Shown here in pieces: positions 1 through 12,831 of a stretch of 64,000 nt of DNA. Within the stretch, counting starts at the first letter, position 1. Each line of letters opens with the position of its first letter. The notes below the pieces were generated by a model. That model had not been told where the DNA came from. It was given only the letters and a program-made list of their open reading frames with translations, and ran no database searches. The DNA comes from Chrysomallon squamiferum (lineage: Eukaryota; Animalia; Mollusca), in NCBI GenBank assembly GCA_012295275.1, contig CM022675.1:744001-808000 (forward strand), written 5' to 3'. The position numbers and the translations under genes are program-made.

Positions 1-2
1 TT

Positions 3-779
3 TGGGTGGTGCCCGCGGTTCTGTCGTTCGGTCCCTTGTTCCAGAAGTGGAATATTATTGGAATAGAAGACATGGTTGACTGCATTAAATTTTTCTCTGA
101 CAACAAAGCATGCATGCTTCTGGTCAACAAGGAGTTCGCTCTCATAGGTTCTTCCATTTCTTTCTTTATCCCCATCGTCTTCATGGCAGTGATGAACTGG
201 AAAATCTACAGAACGGCCATTATTCACATCGAGCGTATTAAGAAAATCGACAGGAATCCGCTGTACCTGCGAGACACCCAGGCCGCCAAGACGCTGGGGA
301 TCATCATGCTGTGCATCAGCGTCTGCTGGTTTCCTTTCTTCATCTGCAACGTCATCGACCCGCTTACAGGCTACGGCATTTCGGGCGAGGTGTGGTCGAC
401 TGTGCTGTGGCTGGGCTACATCAACTCCGTGATCAATCCGTTTCTCTACTACGCGTTCAATCGTTCGCTGAGAAGCTCTTTCCACAGGATGCTGCCGGAA
501 TGCTGTGGCTGCCGCGAACAGAAGCCAAAGAGGTCGTCGTCACTGACAGTGACGGCGTCCGTGTCCTCGCAGTCGCAGTTTCCCAGTCGTGTGTTGCCGG
601 GACATCTGGAACATTTCCAAAAGGCGATGAAAACGAAGGAAAGTGCCAGTGTGATTACTTTACACAGCAACGTTAGCTTCCACAACGTCACGCCGCAGGT
701 GGACGACAGCGAGGCCCCTGCTAATTCCGCGGAGCTGCACGTGCCGCCGTTGCGTGGTTCACATCCTTCTAATAAATAA
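3..779 (+). CDS. HTR4: Serotonin 5-HT4-like class A GPCR, 5'-truncated by the window (TM4 to C-terminal tail, no intron in the visible part)
   Basis: The frame is open from position 3 (TGG) to TAA 777-779. Motifs parallel 5-HT4 receptors: WVVP-AVLSFGPLFQKWNIIGI (TM4/ECL2), C-MLLVNKEFA, FFIP (TM5), AAKTLGIIM..CWFPFF (TM6), DP..GY.I.GEVW...LWLGYINS.INPFLY (TM7). The subtype call is from recalled similarity only; a beta-like octopamine or TAAR-like receptor is not excluded. Confidence 0.75.
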   Translation, partial: WVVPAVLSFGPLFQKWNIIGIEDMVDCIKFFSDNKACMLLVNKEFALIGSSISFFIPIVFMAVMNWKIYRTAIIHIERIKKIDRNPLYLRDTQAAKTLGIIMLCISVCWFPFFICNVIDPLTGYGISGEVWSTVLWLGYINSVINPFLYYAFNRSLRSSFHRMLPECCGCREQKPKRSSSLTVTASVSSQSQFPSRVLPGHLEHFQKAMKTKESASVITLHSNVSFHNVTPQVDDSEAPANSAELHVPPLRGSHPSNK

Positions 780-1064
780 ATAAATATGTACATAAATAAT
801 AAGACTTTCTGAAGGACATTATTACTACGTGATTCCATGGATGAAATCAGTTCCAGGAGCATTTACTCCAGATTTTCTAAGATGGATAATGGAAGCATAT
901 GTTGTCAGCCTTAATATAAAGAAATGACGTCACTGATAGTATAGACGGATGACGTCACTGACGGTGTTAGTTGTGTTGCCAGCGTGGACTGCTTGAACGT
1001 TTTTGTATAAGAATATTTATTTATAAACACACACACACATACACACGCACGCACACACACATAC

Positions 1065-1103
<39 letters not shown>

Positions 1104-1172
1104 AAAACTTAGTTTCAGGACATGAAAGGAAATAAGTAAAGTTCATTATACAAAATTTCATATTCTTTTTTC

Positions 1173-1178
1173 AATAAA
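1173..1178 (+). terminator. Candidate polyadenylation signal of the GPCR
   Basis: AATAAA about 400 nt after the stop codon. Other AATAAA hexamers overlap the stop codon and occur in the downstream satellite, so the site actually used is uncertain. Confidence 0.3.
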
Positions 1179-1222
1179 AGTTCAAATCCAGATATCGACC
1201 AGGAGACAAATAATCCTGACCC

Positions 1223-2150
1223 TTACGTCAATAAACACAAACTTTGACTCAGTACACACAAATTTTGACATCAATAAACACAGACTTTCACTCAGTAAAC
1301 ACAAACTTTGACTCAATAAACACAAACTTTGACATCAATAAACACAAACTTTGACATCAATAAACACAAACTTTGACATCAATAAACAGAAACTTTGACT
1401 CAGTAAACACAAACTTTGACATCAATAAACACAGACTGACATCAATAAACACAGACTTTCACTCAGTAAACACAAACTTTGACTCAGTAAACACAAACTT
1501 TGACTCAGTAAACACAAACTTTGACATCAATAAACACAGACTGACATCAATAAACACAGACTTTCACTCAGTAAACACAAACTTTGACTCAGTAAACACA
1601 AACTTTGACGTCAATAAACACAAACTTTGAAGTCAATAAACACAAACTTTGACGTCAATAAACAGACTTTAACGGCAATAAACACAAACTGATGTCAATA
1701 AACACACTTTGACATAAATAAACACAAACTTTGACATCAATAAACACAAACTTTGACATCAATAAACAGAAACTTTGACTCAGTAAACACAAACTTTGAC
1801 ATCAATAAACACAGACTTTCACTCAGTGAACACAAACTTTGACTCAGTAAACACAAACTTTGACGTCAATAAACACAAACTTTGAAGTCAATAAACACAA
1901 ACTTTGACGTCAATAAACAGACTTTAACGGCAATAAACACAAACTTTGACGTCAATAAACACACTTTGACATAAATAAACACAAACTTTGAGTCAATAAA
2001 CAGATTTTAACGGCAATAAAAGACTTTAATGTCAATAATCACAGACTTTGACGTCAGTAAAACACTTTAACGTCAATACAAATGACACTGACAGCAATAA
2101 AACTAACTCTGACAGTAATAATAGTAACAATGACGTCAGTAAAACTTACT
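1223..2150. repeat. Minisatellite, ~21-22 bp unit (AATAAACACAAACTTTGAC[A/G/-]TC), roughly 40 copies, degenerating at the right end
   Basis: Direct tandem periodicity; explains the repetitive ORF 1373..1630. Confidence 0.95.
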
Positions 2151-2739
2151 TTGAAACATAAAAAACTGAAAGTGAGCCTAACACCAAGCAAAAGACACAT
2201 ATGATAAATAATTTGCCTATTCAGACATAAATCTGTGAGTGAGAGAGCGTGCGGGCGTGTAAACGCATTCTCTTCGGCTTCACTGTATTGTCCTAGGTAA
2301 TTGTCTTTTCTTTACTGGGTACAGATCCAGTGCAGACACACGTATTTCCTCGGGGTCTGTTTTGCCAGATGTCACACTGGCAGAAGATATTTTGTTTTTC
2401 ATGTCTATAAAGAAACCGACCAGTTTTCTAGAGTGTACAAGACTTAATGACAGGAGAGTTTAATAATAATAAGCTGAAAGGAATTCAAATCAACAACAAA
2501 AATAAAATAAAATATATAAAACAACCACAAAGCAATAAAAAAATAAGAAAACATAACCATTAAAAATGGATACAGGAAAGAAAATCTGGTTGTTAATTAT
2601 TCTTTTAACTGAATTTTATGCGAGATACTGAAAAGGCAACAAAATAGTCCTTTCTGTGAACATGGGTATGAAAATTTCCTAGTGAAATTAGTTCCATGTT
2701 TTTTTTTGTCATTTCCAGAAGACAGCTGAGTGAACCTCC

Positions 2740-3540
2740 ATTACACCTGACCCTCCTAACTGAAGTTTCACCTACACCTAACTGAAGTTACACCTACACC
2801 TCCTAACTGAAGTTTCACCTACACCTCCTAACTGAAGTTTCACCTACACCTAACTGAAGTTACACCTTCACCTCCTAACTGAAGTTACACCTGACCCTCC
2901 TAACTGAAGTTTCACCTACACCTAACTGAAGTTACACCTGACCCTCCTAACTGAAGTTTCACCTACACCTAACTGAAGTTACACCTACACCTCCTAACTG
3001 AAGTTTCACCTACACCTAACTGAAGTTACACCTACACCTCCTAACTGAAGTTTCACCTACACCTCCTACCTGAAGTTTCACCTTCACCTCCTAACTGGTT
3101 TCACCTACACCTCCTATCAGAAGTTTCACCTACAGCTCCTAACAGAAGTTTCACCTACACCTCCTACCTGAAGTATAACCTACACCTCCTACCTGAAGTT
3201 TCACCTACACCTCCTACCTGAAGTTTCACCTACACCTCCTACCTGAAGTTTCCCTACACCTCCTAACTGAAGTTTCACCTACACCTCCTACCTGAAGTTT
3301 CACCTACACCTCCTAACTGAAGTTACACCTACACCTCCTAACTGGTTTCACCTACACCTCCTAACTGATGTTTCACCAACCTCACACTGTTTTTTAATAT
3401 TACAAAAATACAAAACTCCACCTCCTAACTGGTTTCACCTACACCTACCTGAAGTTTCACCTACACCTAGCTGAAGTTACACCTACACCTCCTAACTGGT
3501 TTCACCTACACCTCCTAACTGAAGTTTCACCTACACCTCA
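2740..3540. repeat. Minisatellite, ~22-25 bp unit (CTCCTAACTGAAGTTTCACCTACAC)
   Basis: Direct tandem periodicity, about 30 copies, with one internal copy of the unique flank (CCAACCTCACACTGTTTTTTAATATTACAAAAATACAAAAC at ~3376 and ~3541). Confidence 0.95.
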
Positions 3541-3544
3541 CCAA

Positions 3545-3612
3545 CCTCACACTGTTTTTTAATATTACAAAAATACAAAACAACAAACTGTTTAAGAAGT
3601 AAACACTTTATT
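3545..3612 (-). terminator. Likely ADAR2 polyadenylation signal and downstream GU/U-rich element
   Basis: On the - strand, AATAAA (3612-3607) is followed about 20 nt later by GTTTGTTGTTTTGTATTTTTG, the canonical PAS plus DSE layout, at the edge of the satellite block. Confidence 0.55.
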
Positions 3613-5640
3613 CAGTGGCATTTGTTACTGCTGAAATCGTTAGTTGTTACTAATGAAAAAAATTAAAATAAAAAATAATCAAATATTCCATATTGATAAA
3701 TGATCCCTGCTAAACTAAAATTTTGTTTTCCCTCATTTTTTTGTTTGTTTTTTTGATTCCATTTATGTGAAAAGAAAAATCCCTGAAAGTGAATTTTTGT
3801 GAATATTGTAACTAACAATTAACATTGAAATAAAAAATAAATTTAACATGATAACACACACGAATAATAATAAAAATAATAACATTTTTGTTTCCTCTAT
3901 CTAAATTAGTGAACAGTTAATATCACTGTCAAAAGTAAATAAGACACAAAAATATATTATGATTCCAAAAAATTAATCATACAATTATATCATTTTCATT
4001 GTTAAGTAATAATATTAGATTGGTCTCTCATTTTTTTTTTTTTTTTTTTTTTTTTTTTGTTTATTTTTTTTTTTTAAATTTAATTATCACCAGTAGTAAC
4101 AGAATGAATTATTTGTCGGTCATAATTCAGATGGTAAATGTCTTAATTAAGTGTTAAAAGCCCCAAAAAACCCCATTATAAAATACAATTAATTAAACAG
4201 TCAAATAACCAAAAACATAATGATGTTATTTGTTTTGTTTAGTTTAAAAACTGTATTTGATCAAATGTAATTAATTCATAAACAATGTAATAATAATATC
4301 ATCATCATCATCATCATCATCACAAATACTCCCCAATGAATAAAATCCTTAAAAAACATTATTAACAATTTTCACACTTATTTTTAATATTTACTGCATA
4401 TGTAACAACAATAAACAAAATTAAAATAACATTAAATTAACTTTAATTTAATTAAAGGGAGAGGACCGTAATAATAAAATAATGCATACCTCGATAAAAC
4501 TGTTCAAATTAGATCTACATGATAAAACTACATGTCATTTGTTCTCAAAACTAAATTTAATTTTTAAACCAGTCAGTAACAGAACAGTGTTCAGTATGAT
4601 CATGTAAATTAAAACAAAATTATAGAAATGTAAAATAAATATTTAAGAATCACAAATAAACAATGATACTGTTGAAAACTGAGCATTTGAAAAATGATAT
4701 AAACGAAGGGAGAAAACTCTTAGTTAAAAAAAATGCATATGAAATAATCCTCATAATCAGAAAATCATCACACAAAATGAGAAAATAACGTATACAATTG
4801 TGAACTATACAAAATGGGAGATAAAAATTAATATAACATGGGAGACAACTCTGAAAATTAAAAGTGGAAAAATTACTGCTTGTCTATATAAGAATGAAAA
4901 TGTTAACTTACAATCAGAATGTTTAAATCAAAACAGTTTTTATAACCAAAGGAAACAAATAAAAATAAAAAATAAAAATCGGGTAACTAACAGTAACAAA
5001 GTGAAAGCAAAATGAACACTACTTATAACAGCCACTATTAGAAATATATTAAATTAAATTCTGTAAATCTTCTTACACAACTTTATATACAAAATTTAAA
5101 AATTATATAACAATAATAATAATAAAATAGAAATAAAACTTCATAACACAAACTGTGATTAAAACATTTCGTTTCTTCAAAAATAAATTTGCCACATTTT
5201 TAACTCTAAAAAGAAACACATTTCTTAAAAGTGTAAAAAGTAATTTGTTTCTTTGCTGAGATATTATTATTATTATTTATTTGTTTTTAGAAACATTTAT
5301 TACATTCTTTCTTTCTTTTCTTTCTGTTTTTCGTACACTTTTTAGAAGGAATAATAAATTTAAAACATTTTCTCACTCCATCTTAGCTAGGAATTCAGAG
5401 ATTTCTTAGATAAATTTTGATACTTTTTGCTTGACACATTTACTTGAAAAATTTTAAACAAATTTCAACACAACTTAAAAAATTATTTAAGTGAGCATGA
5501 AACACACAAAAAAAATAAAAATAAAATAAAATAAAGATAAGCAACAGGTGTCAAAAGTGATTTTATAATAGTTATTTAATTTTTGTAAGAACAAAAAAGA
5601 TTAAATGGAAAAAATTAGCATTTCAATGTAATTTTTATTT

Positions 5641-5692
<52 letters not shown>

Positions 5693-6166
5693 TCAATGTA
5701 TACATCACTTCATTCTCAGAAACTTACAATATTGGGTTTCCTATTTATTCCTATTTATTTATTATTATTTTGTTATTGTTATTATCATCATCATTACTAT
5801 TATTGTTATTATTATTTTGTTATTGTTATTGTCATCATCATCATTATTATTGTTATTATTATTTTGGAGGAAGGATGTGGCTTTTTTGTTTCTTGTTATT
5901 TTTTCTTTTCTTTTTTTTGTCTGTTTTTGTTTTGTTTTTTTATTTAGTAATTTCTAAATAGTAATGAGTGGAAGATTTACATAGAATTTGAAATCTTTAA
6001 TGTGATGTACAGTATGGTGAAAATGTAAATGAAAAACTATTAAACAAAACCTTTCTTTAAATATTAAATAATCTAAATTTTAAAAAAGCATACATCTACT
6101 GAACTACAGAGATTAAATCATATAAAGTTATTAAAATTGAAAAGCATTTCTGATTTTAACTCAATA

Positions 6167-6214
<48 letters not shown>

Positions 6215-6668
6215 AATGTAAAAAAAAAAAAAATAAATAAAAAATATTTACTACATCATATTGTTGGAGCATAATCTTACTGTAAGCATCAGGATAATGT
6301 TATCACAGATAAATGATTTTTTATTGTCACTGCAAATTTCTCTCTGCACCATAAAAATCAAAGTTCCTTTAATGATCTTTTTTTTTTTTTTTATTTACAC
6401 TTATCTTCAGCTTGAAAAGATGGGATACAGTACAGAACAAATTTCCAAAAAGAAAATATTTTTCCCAGAATTTTGTGAAATTCTGCAAGTTTGGACAAAA
6501 CATCTAAAGTATCTGATCCATATTACTGTTTGTTAAATACCAAAAATTTATCAATCTTTCACAACTGTAAAAAAAAAAAAATAAAAAAAATAAAAAAAAA
6601 TAAAAAATGAATCAATTACTCTGACACAGATATACCTGTTAAAAGTAAAAAAAACAAAACTGAAAATA
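3590..6668 (-). other. ADAR2: Putative ADAR2 3' UTR (~3.1 kb, AU-rich)
   Basis: Non-coding AT-rich stretch between the TGA (6669-6671) and the best PAS plus DSE. Earlier AATAAA sites exist, so the length is inferred. Confidence 0.45.
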
Positions 6669-7195
6669 TCAAAGAATTTCCATTTCGACTGGGAACTCGT
6701 CCTGGTCGACTGGTTTAGTGACCCACGCGCCCAACATGTTTTTCTGGAATGCCTTGTACAGCGCCTGCTTCATCAGCTGATAGTCTATGTTAGCAGCCTT
6801 AGCCTCCGAATACATCACTGGCTTGGCCGTCACACTTTGGTTCGTAACCGACGGCAACTGTCCGTACAGCTTGTGGAACAGCTGGAACAGCGCCTGCTTG
6901 CACAGTCTCGAGGTTCCGCCCTGCTCCAGTTTGCCCGTCATCGCGTTCACCACTTCGAGGTTGTTGTCACCGATGCACCAGTTGACGCTGAAGTTGGGCG
7001 CCTTCCCGGGCTGCCGACTTTCCGGGTTGCTGATGCCGCTGAGGTAGGGTCGGCTGACGTAGTAGGGCGTCCGGATGTCGTCCACGCTGTTGGTGCGGTT
7101 GTAAACTGCTCTGGCGAGGTGGTCTCCATGGTACAGGCTGCCGATGACGATGCTGTCGATGTATATAGGCTCGATGAAATGGCTTAACAGAGCTC
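6669..7195 (-). CDS. ADAR2: ADAR2 last coding exon: C-terminal part of the adenosine deaminase domain
   Basis: Acceptor TTATTTCAG|GA at 7196/7195 in phase 1, joining IQG to ALLSHFIEPIY. Contains GKAPNFSVNW, SRLCK, YSEAK, YQLMK and GAWVTKPVDQD, equivalent to the IP6-binding residues of human ADAR2. TGA at 6671-6669. Confidence 0.96.
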
Positions 7196-7201
7196 CTGAA
7201 A

Positions 7202-7205
7202 TAAG

Positions 7206-7236
<31 letters not shown>

Positions 7237-7281
7237 ACAGATAGATAAATAGATAAATAAATAAATAAATAAATAGATAGA

Positions 7282-7316
<35 letters not shown>

Positions 7317-7560
7317 ACAGATAAATAAATAAATAGATAAATAAATAAACAGATAGATAAATAAATAAATAAATAAATAAATAAATAGATAGATAAATAA
7401 ATAGATAAATAGATAAATAAATAACAAAAATAACAATAATAATAATAAAAAAAAAAATAATACCAATAATAACAATGACAACAACAACAGCAATACCAAA
7501 AACAACAATAACAATAATGATGGTAAGAAGACAATAAATAATACAAATTTGTCCAATACG
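7202..7560. repeat. (TAAA/TAGA)n and (AAT/AAC)n microsatellites directly upstream of the last ADAR2 acceptor
   Basis: Visible simple repeats; they produce the spurious IYLF N-terminus of ORF 6669..7556. Confidence 0.9.
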
Positions 7561-7974
7561 CAGGTCTACAGCAAATGCATTTCGACAAATTGGTATTAAA
7601 AACAACTTTATTGCAACCAATAAAAACCTGTCATAATAAAACCTCCTCAAACTCGTCTAATGTGTCTCTTAAAACCTCTCAGCGACGACACCCGACGTAC
7701 AAGAAATCTTTGTGCAATGACGGAACAATCAATTCTCCTCAAATAACAGAATCAGTGACACACACAAAACACAGCTGTCTTCAGGCCTCTGCATCCCCCC
7801 ACATAAAAGCATGGTTACCCCCCCAGCAGCTGAACCACCCTCCTCCCTCCCAGCCACCTGCCCCCCTTTTCATGCTGTGTTTTAATAACGAGTCTGAATC
7901 AAAACACTGGTGAGCTGGAATTGATTCGCAGCAGTGGAAGAAGATTTGTATTTACAGAGAAAAGAGGCAAATTA

Positions 7975-8380
7975 CAGAGTTTCACAAACATATGACTGTG
8001 CTTGCAATCTCTGAAGAATAATGTAACTGCTGATTTTTTTTTTTTTTTTTTGTGAATATTTTATTTTTTTTTTAGTTTTATGTGTCAAAAGATGTGAATT
8101 ACAGGGTGAAGCAGGATTTTTACAAACATATGACTGTGTTTAGAACCTTTGAAGAATAATGTAATCTTTGAATAAAATTCTTCATTTTTTTTTTTTTTTT
8201 TTTTTTTTTAGTTTAATTGTGAAAAGATGTTAATTACAGGGTGAAGTAGTTTTTCACAAACATATGACTGTGTTTAGAATCTTTGAAGTAACTAACTAGT
8301 AGGCAAAATTTGTTGTCTATTTTTTTTTCAGTTGTTAGTATGAAAAAGAAAAGTATTACAGTGAATCTTTGAAGAACTGA
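7975..8380. repeat. Degenerate ~135 bp tandem repeat, 3 copies (TTTCACAAACATATGACTGTG..TCTTTGAAGAA)
   Basis: The core ACAAACATATGACTGTG recurs at ~7985, ~8122 and ~8256. Confidence 0.75.
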
Positions 8381-8964
8381 ATTATTAAATCTCTCATTCT
8401 ATTACTATTATTACAAACTCTCTTTAACGAAGAAAAAAAAAAAAGATTCCTGAATTCACAAATTGAACATTCTTGTTATAAATTACAGAATACTTCATTT
8501 ATTCAACCACAAAACTGAAACATTCGTCCAGTTCTTCAACCTCTCATTCAGAGACACTGTGACTGGAACCACTGTGTCGCGACTGATTGCAGATGAAAAT
8601 TACTGAAACAGCAGAAGGCAATTCAGTCGTGCGTAAATGAAGATTAGTGATAAAACTCAAAGATGAATGACCTCAAAGATAGTTTACAAAGCCAAGTTTG
8701 TAAAACACTAAACATGAAAAAAACAAAGCACAGAAGAAGAAGATGATAACCTCTCTGTAATTAAATTAAATTAAAACAGTGATGCAGGTGATGCCACATA
8801 AAGTTTCTTCGTGTCTGAGATTTGAGTGCAAACTCTCAAGTTCTGTACAGAGATACAATAATAAAAACAAGTTTTACATTGACACAAAGCAAGTTTTGTG
8901 TGTGTGTGGTCATGAATTAAGATGTTAATATTGGATTAACATAAAAAAGTAATTCCCTCCCTCC

Positions 8965-9060
<96 letters not shown>

Positions 9061-9712
9061 CCTCTCTCTCTCTCATCATTACCAACATTAAAGGTTCAAG
9101 CCAATTTAAATTGAGATTTAATTTCATAGCTGTTATCATAAACTGCATATTTCTGGATGTAACTTAATATCATGCACTTACACTGATACACAACACTTAC
9201 TTTCAAGTGTGCATGAAATGAAAACAGTAAGCATGGTGTGTGGGGGTTCAATGTAATCTTTGTGAAGTGAAATGAAAATTTAATGACTTTGAATAGGGTT
9301 ACACTTAATGATTCTACATTTATCTTATGTCAGATATAACAACAACAACTACTACTACTACTACTACTCCTACTGCTGCTACTATCACTTTTACTACTAC
9401 CTCTACTACTACTACTACTACTACTAATACTACTACCACTACTAAAAATACTACTACTACTACTAATAATAATAATAATAATAATCTGGATGAGCAGGGA
9501 AGTACTATGATTAAAGGGTTTTGTTTGTATGGCAGAATTAATTTTTTTTTAAAATGACTGGAAAGCTGTGCTCAATTTTTTTTAATTAAAATGTCACCAA
9601 GAAAGAAGAAATAAACAAACTTAAATGATAAATGCAATAAAAAAAAAAAAAAAAAAAATTTTTTTATTTTTATTAAATAACAACAAAAACAATAACAACA
9701 ATAACAATAACA

Positions 9713-9789
<77 letters not shown>

Positions 9790-10589
9790 AATAATAGTAA
9801 CAATAACAATAACAATAATAAATAATAATAGTAATAATAATCATAGTAATAAAAATAATAATAGCATATGCTAGGCTGGTTTAATCACAAATTAAAAGCT
9901 TGTTAAACAGTTGAGTAAGAATTGATTCGATTGATTCTACTGCAATTACAGGCTGCATTTGTTACAGTTACGAATCAGTTACAGATTATTCACACATGAG
10001 TGACAGCTGATTTCTCAAGTGTAAAATATTTTACAATTAAAAAATAATTAACTTTAAATTACAATAAAACTAAATTTAATAATAATAAAAACTAATAAAT
10101 AAAATTAAAATATATTAAAGTACTAAAACATTAATTTTTTTTTAAATAATAATAATAATATGGATAATAAAAATAATAATAATAATAATAATGACAATAA
10201 TAACAATAATAATCATAATCATATTAAACATACACACATGGGAATTTAAACACAATACTCAACTGACATTAATATTATTATTAAATATTTTATGTACAGA
10301 TTAAAAAGATTAAAAAAATTAAAAAATTAAAAATCTCCACAAAACCCCACCCCCCAGTCTTCTTAATTATTTCATATTAAGCTGTATTATACATAACCAT
10401 AATTTTTTTAAATTTTCTTTTTATAAACGCTTTTGTCTAGAAAGAAAACCGTCCACAGAGACTGGTGAAATAGCAGTTCTGTTCAAAATGGGAAATAATC
10501 AAATGAGGACACCCTGGAGGATTGAACCTGGAGTCCATGGTGTCTGAGATAGACAGCTAATTACAAAGACTGATGGGTCAGGAGATGTG

Positions 10590-11115
10590 ACAGAGAGTTC
10601 TAAATTAAATACACATCTGTCAGTTTCACACACACAGACACACAACACAGAGTTCTAAATTAACAGAGTTCTAAATTAAACACACATCTGTAAGTTTTAC
10701 ACATCTGTCACACACACACATACACATAACACAGAGTTCTAAATTATATACACATCTGTCAGTTTTACACACACAGACACATAACACAGAGTTCTAAATT
10801 AAATACACATCTGTCAGTTTTACACACACAGACAAATAACACATACACATAACACAGAGTTCTAAATTAAATACACATGTCAGTTTTTTACACACATATA
10901 CACATAACACACAGTTCTAAATTAAATACACATCTGTCAGTTTTACACACACACACACATAACACAGAGTTCTAAATTAAATACACATCTGTCAGTTTTA
11001 CACACACACATAACACAGAGTTCTAAATTAAACACAGAGTTTTCTAAATTAAATACACATCTGTCAGTTTACACACAGACACATAACACAGACAAATAAC
11101 ACAGACAAATAACAG
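10590..11115. repeat. Minisatellite, ~55-60 bp unit (ACAGAGTTCTAAATTAAATACACATCTGTCAGTTTTACAC...)
   Basis: About 9 tandem copies with variable CA tails. Confidence 0.9.
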
Positions 11116-11964
11116 AGAAAAAGTCAGCTTACATGTATACTAACACTTCATTTCTTATTATTTATATTAAGAGGTCTTATTTCTAGAAACTCTTCATTTA
11201 TATTATCACTTTATTTTTATTTTTTATATTAACACCTGTTATTTCTAGAAACACTTCATTTTTTATTATTTATATTAACACCTTTATTTCTAGAAACACT
11301 TCATTTTTATTATCACTTTATATTCACTTTTTTTTTAGTCTCTATTTGTATTAACACTTAATAACATTTTCTTATATAAATACTACTGACATTTCATTTA
11401 TATTATAATTCTTATTTATTATTATTAACACTTTATGTTTTTATTAACACTTTATGTTGATCATTAAGATTGTTTTTATTAACACAATGTTTCTGTTAAC
11501 AATTTATGTTTTCTTTAAAATTTTATGTTTTTATTAACACTTTATGTTTTTATTAATATATATATATATATATTTATCTTTTTATTATACAAATAAAATC
11601 AGTCTTAGTAACTTTTACTACTCAAATTGTTTATCTTCATTCTTTGTTTTTTTTTGTTTTTTTTTTTTTTATGTTATGACAAATAAAATTAGCCTTTTCA
11701 AGGACTTTATGCTAACAAGGAGCGACAGAGAATGATGAAGAGACAAGTTAATGTTAAACAAACTCAGATCTGGCATGGAACAAACGGCGATGTGAAAATG
11801 TAATTTATCTTCTCTGCAATTACAGCGAACAACTGGGCCTGGGATCAATAAAGAAAGCATCGCTGATTATTCCACCATTTGCCGCTTTCTCCTTCTGCTG
11901 GTAACACAATTACCCAGAAATCAGCTTTCATTTTCAGCGATTACTTACTCATAAACTGTACACT

Positions 11965-12520
11965 CTGTGGCTGACCGTTACCACTGGTCACTTCATTTGC
12001 AGTAGATGAACTGGTCAGTCAGTGTGTACAGCCAGGTTGAAGCTGAATGGTCATAATTTTAACATTCTTAAAAAGTTCGTTGTCAGTGATGACTTCGTAT
12101 ATTGATGAAATGGTCTTGAATATGAAAAGGTTATCATTATGGGTTGGTCATTTCTTTCTGCTGACCGCTATATCATTGGTCACTTCATTTTGCAAATGAA
12201 CTGGTGAGTATATGCAGAAGTCGAAGCTATGTGATTGTAATTTTTACTTTCTCAGAACGTTCATTATAATCAACTTCATGTATTGGTGAAAGGGTCTGAA
12301 TATGTAAGGGTTCTCATTTTTATGGCCATAATTTTTCTGCTGACCATTATCACTGGTCACTTCATTTCTAGATGAAATGGTCAGTATATTGAACATGGTC
12401 GTTTCCATGTGGACATTAGATGTGCATCCTTGACATGTCCATTACAACTGGTGACTACAATTGCATGTTCACTGGTCAGTGTATATAAATGTCAACACTC
12501 TGATCATAATTTTTTTAATA
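11965..12520. repeat. Degenerate ~180-190 bp tandem repeat carrying TGACC-N9/11-GGTCA palindromes
   Basis: CTGACC...GGTCACTTCATTT recurs at 11972, 12162 and 12341. Confidence 0.7.
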
Positions 12521-12561
12521 TTTGTAATATCCATTGGTCAAATTATTAAAAAGTCTCAGAT

Positions 12562-12831
<270 letters not shown>

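Noticed and set aside
7196-7650. Hydrophobic N-terminal extension of ORF 6669..7556 and the overlapping ORFs
   Set aside because: Intronic (ATTT)n microsatellite; the real exon begins at the acceptor 7196/7195.
7681-7691. 11-nt complementarity to the sequence just before ATG 27080 (AGCGACGACAC)
   Set aside because: It is 19 kb away and short enough to be expected by chance; the nearby last-exon match is the better candidate.
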